A stretch of DNA of 64,000 nucleotides, taken from assembly GCF_009914755.1 (NCBI RefSeq), contig NC_060931.1; one strand, given 5' to 3'. The position numbers and the translations under genes are program-made. Every line of letters begins with the position of its first letter. Positions within the stretch are counted from its first letter, which is position 1. Below the pieces are notes generated by a model. It was given only the letters and a program-made list of their open reading frames with translations, was not told the DNA's origin and searched no databases. Positions 36,791 through 54,341 of the stretch are shown in pieces. The stretch is from the human T2T-CHM13v2.0 reference genome, Homo sapiens.

Positions 36791-37234
36791 GGGAAACCAA
36801 TGTCTGGAGTTACTATTGTCTCTTTTAAATTAAAAAAAAAAAACTAAGCTATTTATTTTCTTTGCTTTCATGAGGATATCATTCCTAAAACAGAAGGAGG
36901 CAAGATTAGAAGATTTTTGCACTTTTAAAACAGAGTTTTACACACACCAAAAGTTTTAAAGGAGCAATTTTACTGCAACTATTTTTAAAGAGCTCAGTAT
37001 CAATTTTAAGAAATTCAGCAACTGACAGGTTTTTAATGAAAAGAATAAACCCTTCTGAGTTCTCATTTTCTGAAAGCTTTTCACGTTTTAAGAATTGAAC
37101 CACTCAGCACAGGTTTTTCTGTTACCATTTTGAAGATGTTGGAAGTATTAAACATAAAAGCTGTCACTGTTAAAGAAAATACTTTGTAACACAAAAAGAG
37201 ATGAGAGCATAAATGTTATGTGCGTATGCTTTTA

Positions 37235-37445
37235 AATCAGAAGTTCTGAGTTCTAATTCTGCCTCCATCAGTTAATAGCTATCTGAATGTAAACATTAAA
37301 ATTAAACATTATTTAAATATTCTGACCCCCCCCAGGTTTTTCTAATCTGTGAAATATAAATAATAATTGTATTATCCTCAGGGAGTGGTTAGAAGGATTC
37401 AATGAGACAGTATATTCAAAGCACTTAGCACTGTGCAAAAGAGTG
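37235..37445 (+). mobile_element. MIR fragment
   Basis: CTCAGGGAGTGGTTAGAAGGATTCAATGAGA...AAAGCACTTAGCAC. Confidence 0.65.
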
Positions 37446-37651
37446 TGAGAGTAATTAAATGGTCAAGAAATACATGTAGAGCTGATTGGCCTCCATAGTA
37501 ATCAAATTAACAGAGTTTTTATTTTGTTGCTAATAACATTCAGTGATGGCAAGGTCAGAGAGAGAGGCATTCTATTCATAAGAGTAAATGGATAAAACTT
37601 TTCAGGAAAAAAATTTTGAAATATGCTGGTGAAAGCCTTAAAAATGTTTAC

Positions 37652-37793
37652 ACCAGATGCAGTGGCTTGTACCTATAATCTCAGCTACTCAGGTGGCTGA
37701 GGCAGGAGGATTGCTTGAGCCCAGGAGGTTTAGGTTACATGCACTCCTGTCTGGGTGACAGAGCCAGATCTTGTCTCTTAAAAAAAAAAAAAA
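37652..37793 (+). mobile_element. Alu monomer (FRAM/AluJ arm)
   Basis: Single arm with A tail. Confidence 0.8.
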
Positions 37794-37853
37794 GTTACAT
37801 TCTTTGAGTCGTTCCATTTTTAAGAATCACTTGTTAGAAAATAATCAGATATA

Positions 37854-38166
37854 GGCCAGGTGTGGTGACTCACTCCTGTAATCCCAGCACTTTGGGAGGC
37901 CAAGGCAGTCAGATCACTTGAGGTCAGGAGTTCAAGACCAGCCTGAGGAATATGGCAAAACCCATCTCTACTAAAAATATAAAAATTAGCCGGGTGTGGT
38001 GATGTGCATTTGTAATCCCTGTTATTCAGGAGGATGAGGCACAAGAATCACTTGAATCCAGGAGGCGGAGGTTGCAGTGGGCTGAGATTGCACCACCACA
38101 CTCCAGCCTGGGTGACAGAGCAAGACTCTGTATCAAAAAAAAAAGAAAGAAAGAAAGAAAGAAAAG
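37854..38166 (+). mobile_element. AluS
   Basis: TSD AATCAGATATA. Confidence 0.95.
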
Positions 38167-38179
38167 AATCAGATATAAA

Positions 38180-38800
38180 GATGCAGAATTACATGTAAAA
38201 ATCAGAAACTACCTAAATGTTTAAGTCCAGAAAAATGGCTTAATAAATTATGGTACATCACCTTCTGAACTGATGCACTGAGATTCAGAGAAGGGCACGT
38301 CATCCCTGTGGTATCCTTACCAAAAATGCATAACCTGAATTTAATCATGAGAAAATGTCAAGCAAACTCAAATTGAAGAACATTCTACAAAATAAATTGA
38401 GGTAATAAAAGACAAATAAAAATGAAGGAACTATCCCCAAATGGGGAAAACTAAGGAGACACTACAACTGAATGCATGACATGGTCCTCGATATTAGTGG
38501 AACAATTCATGAAATGTGGGTGAGGTCTGAAGATTAAAATATTGTATCACAGTTAATTTTCTGGTTTTGATCATTGTACATGATTATGCAAGATGTTAAC
38601 ATTTGCAAAAGCTGGCTGAAAAGTATACTAAAAATCTTTGTGCTGTTTTTGCAACTTTGGGTAAGACAAATTATTTCAAGATGAATATTTCTAAAATAGA
38701 AAAATTAAATAATGGCACATTCACACAGTGATTATGCAGCCATTTAAAAGGTTTGTAATTATTCTGAATGACACTGGAAAATGTTCACTACATAGCATTA
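38180..38800 (+). mobile_element. Old L1ME/MC 3' fragments
   Basis: GTTAATTTTCTGGTTTTGATCATTGTAC...GCAAGATGTTAACAT. Confidence 0.55.
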
Positions 38801-40924
38801 TTGGGAGAAAAAAAACAAAAACCAGTTCACACACTGAAAACTAAAGCCCAGAATGAATCCACTAAAATCTTGAGAGGACATTTCTAAGTAGAAGATTACA
38901 GATGCTATGTTCTTAATTAATTTTTTAGTTTCATATTTCCCAATTTTTTCTACCATGAGCATTCACCACTTTTAAAATTGGGGGGAGGATGTTATTTTTA
39001 AACACACATCATGATTTTGCATCAAAAAAATTCATTTAGACATATTTCTTCTCCTTGGTTTTAATAAAGAACATTTTTTCAATGCTTTGAGTTTTCAAAA
39101 CTATGATTTTGATAAGCCAACAATGAGCCTTAGCTTAAGTGAGTTTCTTAATTTGGCATCAGTAACCAAAAATGCTTAATGGTTTCCCTAACTACTTGGA
39201 AATGAATTCTTGGCACTATGTCTTCTTAAGTTCTGTGGGTCTCATGTTGAAACAGTTGCTTCATTTCCACTAAATAATTGGAACTATTCCCTGGGTCATC
39301 AGAGAAGCTCAAACCTATGTGCATCTGAATCTCAGTCAACAACAGAAGGAAGAGGAACCTAATAATTTCTCCTCAGCCTGTCACAAATCAAGAGAAGAAT
39401 GCATTTGTGCTGAAGACCGGGAAATTAAAAAGAAAGCAGATTTTGCTGGGAGGCAAGTCAAGGTGGCCACCAGGAATCTTAGACCCCTCGGCTTCAGATG
39501 ACCATCTTCTGAGTAATCAGGATGTTTAGCAAGGCATACTTGAGGGGGCGTAAAGCATGGCTCCTATCTCAAAATACCTCCTCTGTGAGGTAATGTACGT
39601 GACACTGCTGTGCACTTGTGTCTGTTCCTTCCATCCAGGCACTGGCCAAAAAAGCTGTATTTGCTTGGCTCTGGAAGAATTTTTAATTCCAAAATTTATC
39701 GCCCCCACTCCTACCATCAAAGTGCAATGTGTCATCTACCAACATTTCACTAAGCAAGTAATTCTAGAACAGAACTGGTTGCAGGCCCACCAGAGGACAA
39801 ACAATGTGGGGAGCTGGATTCAGAAAGCACTACAGATGGGCACCTTGAAAAGAGAGGTGCAGGACTCCTGCAGCAAGTTCTGCCAAGCCATGGTCCTCTC
39901 TGGTGCCATCCTCCTTAGGCGTTCACCACTACCTGCTTGCCAGCATCAGCCTGCCTTCTCAGGGTTATGAGTACATCCCCTCCTCCATGCCATAAGCATT
40001 CCCCTAACCCCATGCTGACAAGCTCAATGCCAGGCCCCAGTTCATCTTTCCAGACTTCCAGCTCCCTGCCTCAAAGCCCAATTCCAGCCACAGTTCGGAG
40101 CTTTGTACATTGTTGCATCCTTACTTAGCTTTCAACCGCAACTGTATCCCTGCCATCTCTACTTCAATGTTATCTCTGCAGGCCAAACATAACCCACCAG
40201 CTGCCAAGGCATGCAGTACCACGCTCAGCCCATCGCTACCCGCCTGGACCCTTGTGGCCTCACCACTTGCCTCCTGAGCCTTCTGTGCCCCTCCCCTGGC
40301 CCACCTCCACCATCTGCCTTCTACACTCTGCCTGTCAGGGGCCCAGTCTCCCCACTAGTTTATACCATCTCCCATGTTCTATTTTTATTTGTGCTTGCCC
40401 TTGTTCCAGAAAAGACAAGACAACACATACTATAGTCCTACCATGTTTTCTCAGGTGGGCTTCTTAACCCATGTGGCTTCTCATTCTATTTGCCCTATGA
40501 AGCACAGGGAATCAAAGACAGCGTTTCTCTGTGACATCAATTCTCGCGCCATCTAAGACAGGTCAACAGTAATGGCAGAGGCCTTCCTCGTAGCAAAGGG
40601 AAAACAATAGCAAACCACTGATGTTGAACTACCAGCCAGAAGCCAAGTGAGATATTAAGACAGCAAAGCCACCAGCACCAGGACAGGAGCTCATACCTCT
40701 TACCAGATAGATGCTGCTCTCCCACTCCCCCTGCTGGACACCGAGGTCCTGGGGCGATGCTTCCAAAGTCCACAGTCCCCAAATGATCAGACACCCATGT
40801 TTGCCCCAAAAGGTGTAGACTAAACGTTAAAGAGAAGCCACACTTGCTAATCTCATATTTAATTATCTTCAATGCCAAATTAGAGAAATGGAGTACCCCT
40901 CAGTGGAAAAAGGTAGGTGCTACT

Positions 40925-41280
40925 TGTTAGGCAGACTGGCTGTGAGCCCCCATTCTGTCACATTCTAGTTAGGGTATTAGGAAAGTTGTTCCAAGTGTCC
41001 CTGGGCCTTAGTTTCCCCACCTGTAAAGCACAGGTGACACTACCCTCCCCATATGGTTGATATGAAGATTAAATGAGATAAATTGCAGGCATCCAATTGT
41101 TATTGTCCACACCGATTGGCAACTAAGCTCTTGGCACACAATCTCTTGGCACCCCAGTGGCTTCATCTATGTAATTCCAATAATACCTGCTCAGCCTACC
41201 TGTGAGAGTTGGCTGGGGCAGATGAGAGAACAGATGTTTGTCAAAGCACTCTGTAAATCATTAAGTGCTATGCTAATTCA
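40925..41280 (+). mobile_element. MIR fragments
   Basis: GCCTTAGTTTCCCCACCTGTAAA; GAAGATTAAATGAGATAA; AAAGCACTCTGTAAA. Confidence 0.65.
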
Positions 41281-42566
41281 TCAATGACAACAACACCTGT
41301 CTGGCACTTTGAAGAGACACAGATGACAATGGTAGTTTTGATCTTTGTGGAGATTTGGAAATTTGTGGATGAAATAAGCATGCATGAGAATAACTGTACT
41401 TCAAATAGGAGATTGACTGCCATATTAGTAATAAAGAAAAATAATAATAGGAATGAAAAGAAAAGAAAATTTGATTTGCCTGAGGCAGAGGGTCGAGCAA
41501 GAATCACAGATGACCTCATGAGTGTGTCATGCTGCAGCAGGTCATAAAGACAAGTAAGATTGCTGTCAGCAGAGATGAGGAGAGGGCCTCCCAGACCCAA
41601 GAAAGAGTGAGGGCCACGATGCAGAGGAATGATGGTTCTGGGGATATGAAGAACTCCAGCTTGACCGCACCCTGCGATGAGGTGCCACAGTGGAGAATGG
41701 GGTTATGAGGACAGGTTGGGACACCATAGCGTTCTGTGAGATTGAACATGACAGCCAGGCAGTGCAGAGCCATCTAAGCTTTGTGAACAGCATGTCTGAG
41801 GAAGTTTACCAAAGACAATGTGAAGGCTGGCATGAGATGGGGAGAACAGGGGCAAATACAGGAAGGAATCATGATTGCCAAAGAGAGATGGGGGCCTGAA
41901 GTGATTCAGGATGCACAGGGGAAAGAAGAGATCAAAGGAAGGGACAAATATAAATGGAAGGTATTACGACCATAGTGCTCATGACAAAGAACCACATTTA
42001 TCACTCAGTTCCACATGTACCAAAGGAAAATATCAGAAAGATGTCATGAGCTCAAATTAATAGTGATCTTTGGTAATTTACAAAAGGATAGAAGCAGTAA
42101 GATGAAGTAACACAAAGCACGTCTCTTACAGACTTCTAGAATTAACAGGGAAAGTAGGAGATGTGGTGCAATTACTTATCATCTGGGTAGGTGAATTTCA
42201 GGGGAAAAAAATCTCAGCAATATGCATTTAATCAACATATACTTTGATATCTGCTTTTGCCTAAGAAGTTCAGTAATGTCTTACAAATTGTGTTATGTTT
42301 CAGCATATCAAGTTCTGCTTGTAGCTCACTCACAATCATCCAGCACAATGGGGAATTTATCTTGCTGGTATTTCCAGGGAGACTGGGAAACAGCCAGTAC
42401 AGATCAAACCTTTTCACATCATCACACTATTCACTCTACTGGTTAGAGATAACAAAGACAAACACAATAGGGAATGGTCAATTTATAGCAACAAGGACGA
42501 GGCTCATGTTTCTTCAGCATACTTCCTAACATGTCAGCAGTAATTACCACATATTAAAATAAGCCA

Positions 42567-42897
42567 GACTGGGCACAGTGGCTCATGCCTGTAATTCCAA
42601 CACTTTGGGAGGCCAAGGCAGGAGGATCACTTGAGACCAGGTGTCCAAGACCAGCCTTGGCAACATAGCAAGATTCCATGTCTACTAAATAAATAAATAA
42701 AAAATAAATAAATAAATAAATAAAAACAAATAGCTGGGTGTGGTGGCATGTACCCATAGTCCCAGCTACTCTGGAGGCTGAGGCCAGAGGATCGCTGGAG
42801 GCCAGAAGTTCAAGGGCCCTGTGAGCTATGATTACAGAACTGCACTCCAGCCTGGGTGACAGAGTGAGACCCTGTCTCTAAAAACAAATAAATAAAA
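42567..42897 (+). mobile_element. AluJ
   Basis: Dimeric Alu with (TAAA)n-expanded linker. Confidence 0.92.
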
Positions 42898-43201
42898 TTA
42901 GCCATTTCAGTAAGCATATGCTCCCAAATTAAGAAACCTTGTTCCTTATTCCATGACAACTTCAGGGGAAAACATATTTTTCCATTTTTTGGAAGTTTTA
43001 AGACATATATGCTCAATGTAGAAAATAAAACCAAAAATAAGAGCATCCTCTGGTGTATGCTAAGGTTGTAAAAAAATTAAAAAAAGAAAGAAGAGCTAAT
43101 ATCCTCCAATATACTATGATTAAGATCAATATTTACTCATTGTTAATCTTTGGGAATACTTCCTTCTAGTTTTATTTCTGTGCTTTTTAAAGAAACATGT
43201 T

Positions 43202-43514
43202 GGCCGGGCGCGGTGGCTCACACCCATAATCCCAGCACTTTGGAAGGCCGAGGCGGGCGGATCACGAGGTCAGATCACGAGGTCAGGAGATCGAGACCAT
43301 CCTGGCTAACACGGTGAAACCCAGTCTCTACTAAAAATACAAAAAAAATTAGCCCAGCGCGGTGGCAGGCGCCTGTAGTCCCAGCTACTCGGGAGGCTGA
43401 GGCAGGAGAATCCCTTGAACCGGAGGCGAAGGTTGCAGTGAGCCGAGATCGCGCCACTGCACTCCAGCCTGGGCGACAGAGTGAGACTCCGTCTCAAAAA
43501 AAAAAAGAAAAAGA
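43202..43514 (+). mobile_element. Young CpG-rich Alu (AluY/Sc-like)
   Basis: TSD AAAGAAACATGTT at 43189-43201 and 43515-43527. Confidence 0.95.
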
Positions 43515-43792
43515 AAAGAAACATGTTAAGATTACATTATATTTGAAGCTCTGAATTCAGGGCTAAAAAAAAATTAGACTACAAATATGTTGCATTCTTG
43601 TATTTTGTTTTGCTCATCATAACAAATATTTCTCCCATTGTTGAAAGCTGGAAGACTCCACTCACAATCCATATTTCTTTAACAAGACAAAGAAGCGAAT
43701 GTGTATTAATTTAGTAGTGTAATGGGGACTTCCAGTTCCCAGTCCAACATTTAAAGAGCTTGGAAGTCATTGTTCTCATCTTCACAACAAAA

Positions 43793-44030
43793 TGACCTTG
43801 TGTAATTCCCTCTTGAGTGTGGGATGGATCTAGTCACTTGCTTCTAATGAATCAAATATGGCAAAAGTGATATACCACTTTTGATATTAGGTTACAAAAG
43901 ACTGTAACTGACTTCTGTCTTGCTAAATATCTCCCTCTCTTTCTCTCTGGTTCTTTTTGCTGGCTTGTTCTGATGCAAGCAAGCTGCCATGCTGTGAATT
44001 ATCCTATGGAGAGGTCCACATGGCAAGGAT
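43793..44030 (+). mobile_element. MLT1E/F fragment
   Basis: CCCTCTTGAGTGTGGG...GGAGAGGTCCACATGGCAAGG. Confidence 0.65.
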
Positions 44031-44119
44031 AGAGTTTAAAATCAGCAAGGGAATTCCCTAAATCTGAGGTTTGATGTTTTCATTAATCCTGAAAAAAAAT
44101 CTCAGTCATTATTAACAAA

Positions 44120-44575
44120 GGGCATAGGCCAGGTATAAGATTCCAGTTGTCCTCTCCCAATGGAGTTGCACAGACAGTGCTAAATTCTCCCAGCAATGAT
44201 GTGTGACAATAGATGTGAAGTGTTGCCTACTAGAAAAGCTCACCCAAAGGTTGGTATCCAGGGCTTTTATGGAGTAACCACATGACTAACCTTAACAATG
44301 TAAGTCTCTAGTTGCCCTCAGAGGTCAAATTGGTAAGGCAGTGGCCTAGGCCCTCAGGCAAAAAAACAACAAAAACAGGTGTTCATCTTAAATTACATTG
44401 TTAATATATAATATCCAGAAGGGCCCATGGCCTCAGGTATACAAATAAACTCTCATGGTGGGATTTTACAAGGGCTTAGAGCTTATCAGCAGGTGGTCAA
44501 AGTCCGGTCCTAAAGACATTTGGAATGTGTGGTGTTTGGACAACCCAGGCCTGCTGCGTTAACTCTTTACTGCCA
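44120..44575 (-). mobile_element. MER77/MER21-family ERVL LTR
   Basis: Reverse complement starts GCAGTAAAGAGTTAACGCAGCAGGCCTG. Confidence 0.65.
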
Positions 44576-45020
44576 TCTGCCATCCTGCCTGCCTTTACTG
44601 ACAGGAAGCCATCAAGGAAATAGTTGCCTAGATAGCAAAGAGCTCACCAGATGGTACTGGAATTGGGTGCAGTGCTCCCTGGTGCTGTGTGCCCCTTCCC
44701 TATGCAGGCAATATGCCCTCAGTAGAACATGTGCTAGAATATGGCCATTCAAGCAGGAAGGGCATCAGTGTTCCTAGCAACGTGGCTGAATAGTCCATCA
44801 GTGTGAAGATCTTGCAGGAGGTTCAAGCCCAGGTAAGGTGTTAGGTAGAGTGTGAGTTTACTGCCCTAGAGTGGCAGTGTGATGCAGAGAAATAAATTGT
44901 AGGTTTAGAATGAGGACACCTGATCCTGTCATTTTTTCCAACTGGCTTTAGGACCCTCATCTGAAATATTTTCCTATTTATAGATGGGAGGCAATATTGC
45001 GTAGCAAGCAAGAGTGCTGG

Positions 45021-45190
45021 CAGGGCAAGTTCAGTGGGAAAGCAACTTGCGCAGGCACAGAGAGCCCTGTACTCAAAATAACCCTAACCACGGTTTAATG
45101 CTCTGCTGTCACCATCTTGAACAATGTTCAAACAAGGAGCCCCATATTTTTGTTTTTCACAGGGCCCCATAAATTATGTAGACTCTCCTG
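45021..45190 (+). mobile_element. MER45A hAT element within a MIR
   Basis: CAGGG...GGTTTAATGCTCTGCTGTCACCATCTTGAA...AAATTATGTAG..CCTG. Confidence 0.8.
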
Positions 45191-45377
45191 GTGCCAGGTC
45201 TGGAGTCAGCCTATGGGTTCAAATCCCTGATCTATCATTTTTAGATGTATGAACTAGGGCATAACATCTAATACCTTTTAGACTTGTTTCCTTGTCTATA
45301 AACAGGATTTTAAAAGATTGTTGTGAAGATTAAGGAAATAATATATGGAAAAATATAGCGTTGTATATACATAAATA

Positions 45378-45755
45378 CAGTCATTCCTCAGTATCCATGG
45401 GGGATTAGTCCTAGGACCCCCTCAGGTGGCAAAATCCATGGACACTCAAGTCCCTTATATAAAATATTTACACATAACCTATGTACTATCCTCCCACGTA
45501 CTTGAAATCATCTCTAGATTACTTATAATACCAAATACAATGTAAATGCTATGTAATATTTGTTATACTGTATTTTTTAATTTGTTGGGTTTTTTTTATT
45601 TTATTTTACCAGGGAGGCCTGAGAGCCTAGAAAATTTTGTATTATTTTTCATTGTTGTATTTTTTTTATTATTGGGGGTAGTTTTTGTTGTAGTTTTCAA
45701 GGCATGGTTGGTTGAATCCATGGATGTGGAACCCATGGATACAAAGGACCAACTT
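45378..45755 (+). mobile_element. MER2 (TcMar-Tigger)
   Basis: TA-CAGTCATTCCTCAGTATCCATGGG and CCCATGGATACAAAGGACCAAC termini. Confidence 0.85.
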
Positions 45756-45844
45756 TAGTCATGGGTGGTAACTATTATTTGTTCTCAACAATAAATAACA
45801 ATAAAATAAAATAATATAAATAATAACAATAAACAATAATAATA

Positions 45845-46370
45845 GCTATCTATTGCTTTGTAACAAATTACCCCAAAACTCAGTGGCTTAAAACAACAAC
45901 ACTTATTATCTCATGGTTTCTGTGGGTCAGAAATGCCAGTGCAGTTTAGCTGGATCCTCTGGCTCAAAGCCTCTCACCAGACTGCAATCAAGGTGTCAGC
46001 CAAGGCTACAGTCATCTTAAGGTTGAACTGCAGAAGACTCTGTTGCCAAGCTCATGCACATGGCTGTTGGCAGGATTCCTAGTAGACTGTCAGAATGAGG
46101 GCCTCAGTTCCTTGCTGGCAGTTGGCTGAAGGACACCCTCTGTTCCTTGCTATGTGGCTCTCTCCTTAGGACAATTCACAACATGGCAGCTTGCTGGCAT
46201 CAGAACAAGCAAAAAGAGCCAGGGAGAGAGACTGAATCAGACAGAAGTCACAGTCTTTTGTAACCTAATATCAAAAGTGGCATAGCATCACTTTTGCCAT
46301 ATTTGATTCATTAAAAGCAAGTGACTAGATCCATCCCACACTCAAGGGGAGGGGATTACACAAGATCATT
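45845..46370 (-). mobile_element. MLT1F/G-like LTR
   Basis: TGTAACAAATTACCCCAAAACTCAGTGGCTTAAAACAAC. Confidence 0.7.
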
Positions 46371-46929
46371 GTTACAAACTGAACAGAATCATCCTAAAAC
46401 TTAAATGTTGAAGTTCTAACCCCTAGTACCTTAGAATGTGACTGTATTTGAAGATAAGGTCTTAAAAAGGGTAATACGGCTAATGAAGGTATATAGCTGT
46501 GCTTAACTCCAATATGACTGGTGTCCTTATAAGAAGGGGAAGGGGCTGGGTGCAGTGGCTCATACCTGTAATCCCACTTTGGGAGGCGGAGGTGGGATGA
46601 TAGCTTGAGCCTGGGAGATTGAGGCTGCAGTGAGCCAGGATCACGCCACCGCACTCCAGCCTAGGTAACAGAGCAAGACCCTGTCTCAAAAAAAAAAAAA
46701 AAAAAAAAAACAAAAGCATACCAAGGATGCATGTGCCAGTGGAGAGGCCAGGTAAGGACACAGTGAGAAGATGGCCACCTACAAGCCAAGGAAAGACACT
46801 TCAAGAGAAACTAAAACTGTCAACAGGTCTGGTTGGACAGGTTTGATCTTAGACTTCTAGCCTCCAGAACTGTGAGAAAATACATTTCTCATTTAAGCCA
46901 CCCAGTCTGTAGTATTTTGTTATAGCAGT
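46371..46929 (+). mobile_element. MLT1A-like LTR with truncated AluJ (46545-46715)
   Basis: GTTCTAACCCCTAGTACCTTAGAATGTGACTG...GCCTCCAGAACTGTGAG. Confidence 0.75.
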
Positions 46930-47868
<939 letters not shown>

Positions 47869-47884
47869 TTATTTAAGAATTTAA

Positions 47885-48192
<308 letters not shown>

Positions 48193-48716
48193 AAAACTTA
48201 AGTAGTTGTAGCATGCAGAACATTAAAAAGACTTTTAGGTTCACCCCCATATGTCCTAATATGTTGTATTTCAAAATGTTGTTTTATTTAAGATTAGGCC
48301 TATCTTGTTTGCCATCATTTTTAGATCTATGCATTCTCTGATATAATCAGAAAGCAAAATGACAGTCACACATTTTCTTCCAACTGAGCTTTAAAAAAAA
48401 AAACCGAAAAAGCATTGACATAGGCTGAGTTTCCTACAGCTACAGGCTTTCAGAGAGGAATCTTATACTTTAAAAAACAGAAATTAAACTAACAGCTCTA
48501 CAGAGATCTTTTCAATGAAAAATAACTCACAGGAGTTCTTTTCAAAGCATTTAAAAATTCTCATAATCTACTCATCCACATCAACACTTTTAATTAGAGC
48601 CTCTGTTTACTTAAAAGGAAGTATAACCAAAAAAGAAATCGAAAGAAAAATAAGATCAAGCCAAGCATATACGTCAACTCCATCTCTCATTGACAACTGT
48701 GTCAATTGAAAAAATA

Positions 48717-50500
<1,784 letters not shown>

Positions 50501-50631
50501 CACCTTAAATATATTATTTGGGAGATACTCCCCTCATTCACTCCTCTTTTTATTCTCCTTTCTCCCAGGCAACTTATTTTTTCTAATAAGAAAAAGCAGG
50601 TGAGAGTGGGATGTAAAATAATACGTGGCTA

Positions 50632-51235
<604 letters not shown>

Positions 51236-51364
51236 TTTAAAACAAAATATACCAAGAGAAGCTTGGAAAAAAATTTGCTCTAATCAAAGTCAAACGACAA
51301 ACTGGAAAAATACCTACCAATCATATCACAGATATAATTTCTGTAAAATATAAAAGGATCTACA

Positions 51365-51505
51365 GGCTGGGTGTGGTGGCTCACACCTGTAATCCTAGAA
51401 CTTTGGGAGGCTGAGGTGGGAGGATTGCTTGAGTCCAGCAGTTCAAGATCAGCCTCGGCAACATGGCAAGATCCCTTCTCTATCATTTAAAAAGTAAATA
51501 AATAA
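51365..51505 (+). mobile_element. FLAM/Alu left monomer
   Basis: Single arm. Confidence 0.8.
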
Positions 51506-52306
51506 AAGGACCCATAAATCAATATGAAAAAGGCCAACATGCCAACAGAAAATGCGCTAAAGGAAACACAATGGTTCTTAAATATATGAAAAGATTCTCC
51601 ATCTCACTCAAAGCAAAATAGTAACTAAATCTATAAAACACCATGTTTCATCAGTTTGGAAAGACCATTAAGTTTGATAACACATGACTCAGCAAAGGTA
51701 TGGACAAAAGGGGCTCTCACTAGAGTTTTCAGAGATCTACTCTCCCAAACATACATCACTCTGCCATTCCTAGAGTCTGGCCTTTCTCCTCCTGATCCAA
51801 GATAGCTATCATCCAGTCATTTCACATCCATTTCAAGAAACATACTTCCCTTTCAGGAAGACTTACCCAAAGTACCACACAACACTTCTGCTTACATCTC
51901 AATTATCAAATATTAGTCATAGAGCTATATCTAACAGCAAGCCTGGGAATCTTGTAGCTTGGTTGCCACATAGCCAGCTAAAAGTGACACTTTGCAAGAG
52001 AGCGACAGAAATGGATTTTTGTTAGGCAATTAACATTCTCTGCCATGCCTACTTCTTTGATTGCCAAATATTGATACACGCTTTCTCATATACAGAACAC
52101 AATGAATCTCTCCCAGGGATACAGTTCTCAAATTTCATCCAGATACTGCATCCAGGTCAAAGTTCAGGAACTCTGGGAAATATGTACCTTCCATCTGGTA
52201 CAGACAGCATCTCATGGTCCAGCAATCAAAAAACTTAAAAATGAGTTAACTGCCCCCAACTTACCCAACATACAAAGGTGGAGTAGGAGCAAGATTAAAA
52301 CATTGA

Positions 52307-52614
<308 letters not shown>

Positions 52615-53990
52615 AAGATTAAAACATTGAAACTGCCCACCAGGAAAGGGGAGAAAGGAAAGCCTGCTATAGTCACTGGTCTACAGCAATATTAAATCTT
52701 ATGGGGCAGGAAGAGTGACTTCCTTCCCAGGCAGTACCTGGGACCTTCAGTTGTGCTCTCTGGGAAACTCCTTTGGAGGCTTCTAGTTTTGCCCTCTGAG
52801 GTTGTTTCTTGTCCACTATCTTCTGTGGCCTCATCTTAAATAGGCATTAGGGAGCATCAGCGAGCTGCAGACCTTCCATAGCTCACTCTTTATTAGTGGT
52901 TGTATTAGTCGGTTTTCACACAGCTGATAAAGACAAACCCGAGACTGGGCAATTTACAAAAGAGGTTTAATTAGACTTACAGTGCCATGTGGCTGGGGAG
53001 GCCTCATAATCATGGTGGAAGGCAAGGAGGAGCAAGTCATGTCTTACATGAATGGCAGAAGGCAGAAAGAGAGCTTGTATAGGGAAACTCCCATTTTTAA
53101 AACCATCAGATCTCATGAGACTCATTCACTATTATGAGAACGATGCATGATAGACCTGACCCCATAATTCAATCATCTCTCACCGGGTTCCTCCCACAAC
53201 ACATGGCAATTGTGGGAGTTACAATTCAAGATGAGATTTGGGTGGGGACACAGGCAAACCATGTCATTCCACCCCTGGCCCATCACAAATCTCATGTCCT
53301 CACATTTGAAAACCAATCACACCTTCCCAATAGTCCCCCAAAGTCTTAACTCATTTCAGCATTAACTCAAAAGTCCACAGTCCAAAGTCTCATCTGAGAC
53401 AAGGCAAGTCCCTTTCGCCTATGAGCCTATAAAATCAAAAGCAAGGTAGTTACTTCCTAGATATTTAGAGGTACAGGCACTGGGTAAATGTACCCATTCC
53501 AAGTGGGAGACATTGGTCAAAACAAAGGGGCTACAGGCCCCACACAAGTCCGAAATCCAGCAGGGCAGTCAAATCTTAAAGGTCCAAAATGATCTCCTTT
53601 GACTCCATGTCTCACATCCGGGTCACGCTGATGCAAGAGGTAGGTTCCCATGGTCTCGGGTAGCTCTGCCTCTGTGGCTTCGCAGGATACAGCCTCCCTC
53701 CCAGCTGCTTTCATGGACTGGCATTGAGCATCTGTGGCTTTTCCAGGCATGTGGTACAAGCTGCCAGTGGATCTATCATTCTGGGGTCTGGAGGATGGTG
53801 GCCTTCTTCTCACAGCCCGACTAGGTGGTGCCCCAGTAGGGACTCTGTGTGGGGGATCCCACCCCACATTTCCCTTCTGCACTGCCCTAGCAGAGGCTGT
53901 CCATATGAGGACCCCATCCCTACAACAAACTTCTGCCTGGGCATCCAGGCATTCCCGTAGATCTTCTGAAATCTAGGCAGAGGTTCTTAA

Positions 53991-54341
<351 letters not shown>

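Noticed and set aside
39557-39970. 137-aa ORF in unique-looking DNA
   Set aside because: No recognisable domain; length compatible with chance
41500-42550. Possible ancient CR1/L3 remnant
   Set aside because: Only faint resemblance; cannot support it without a profile search
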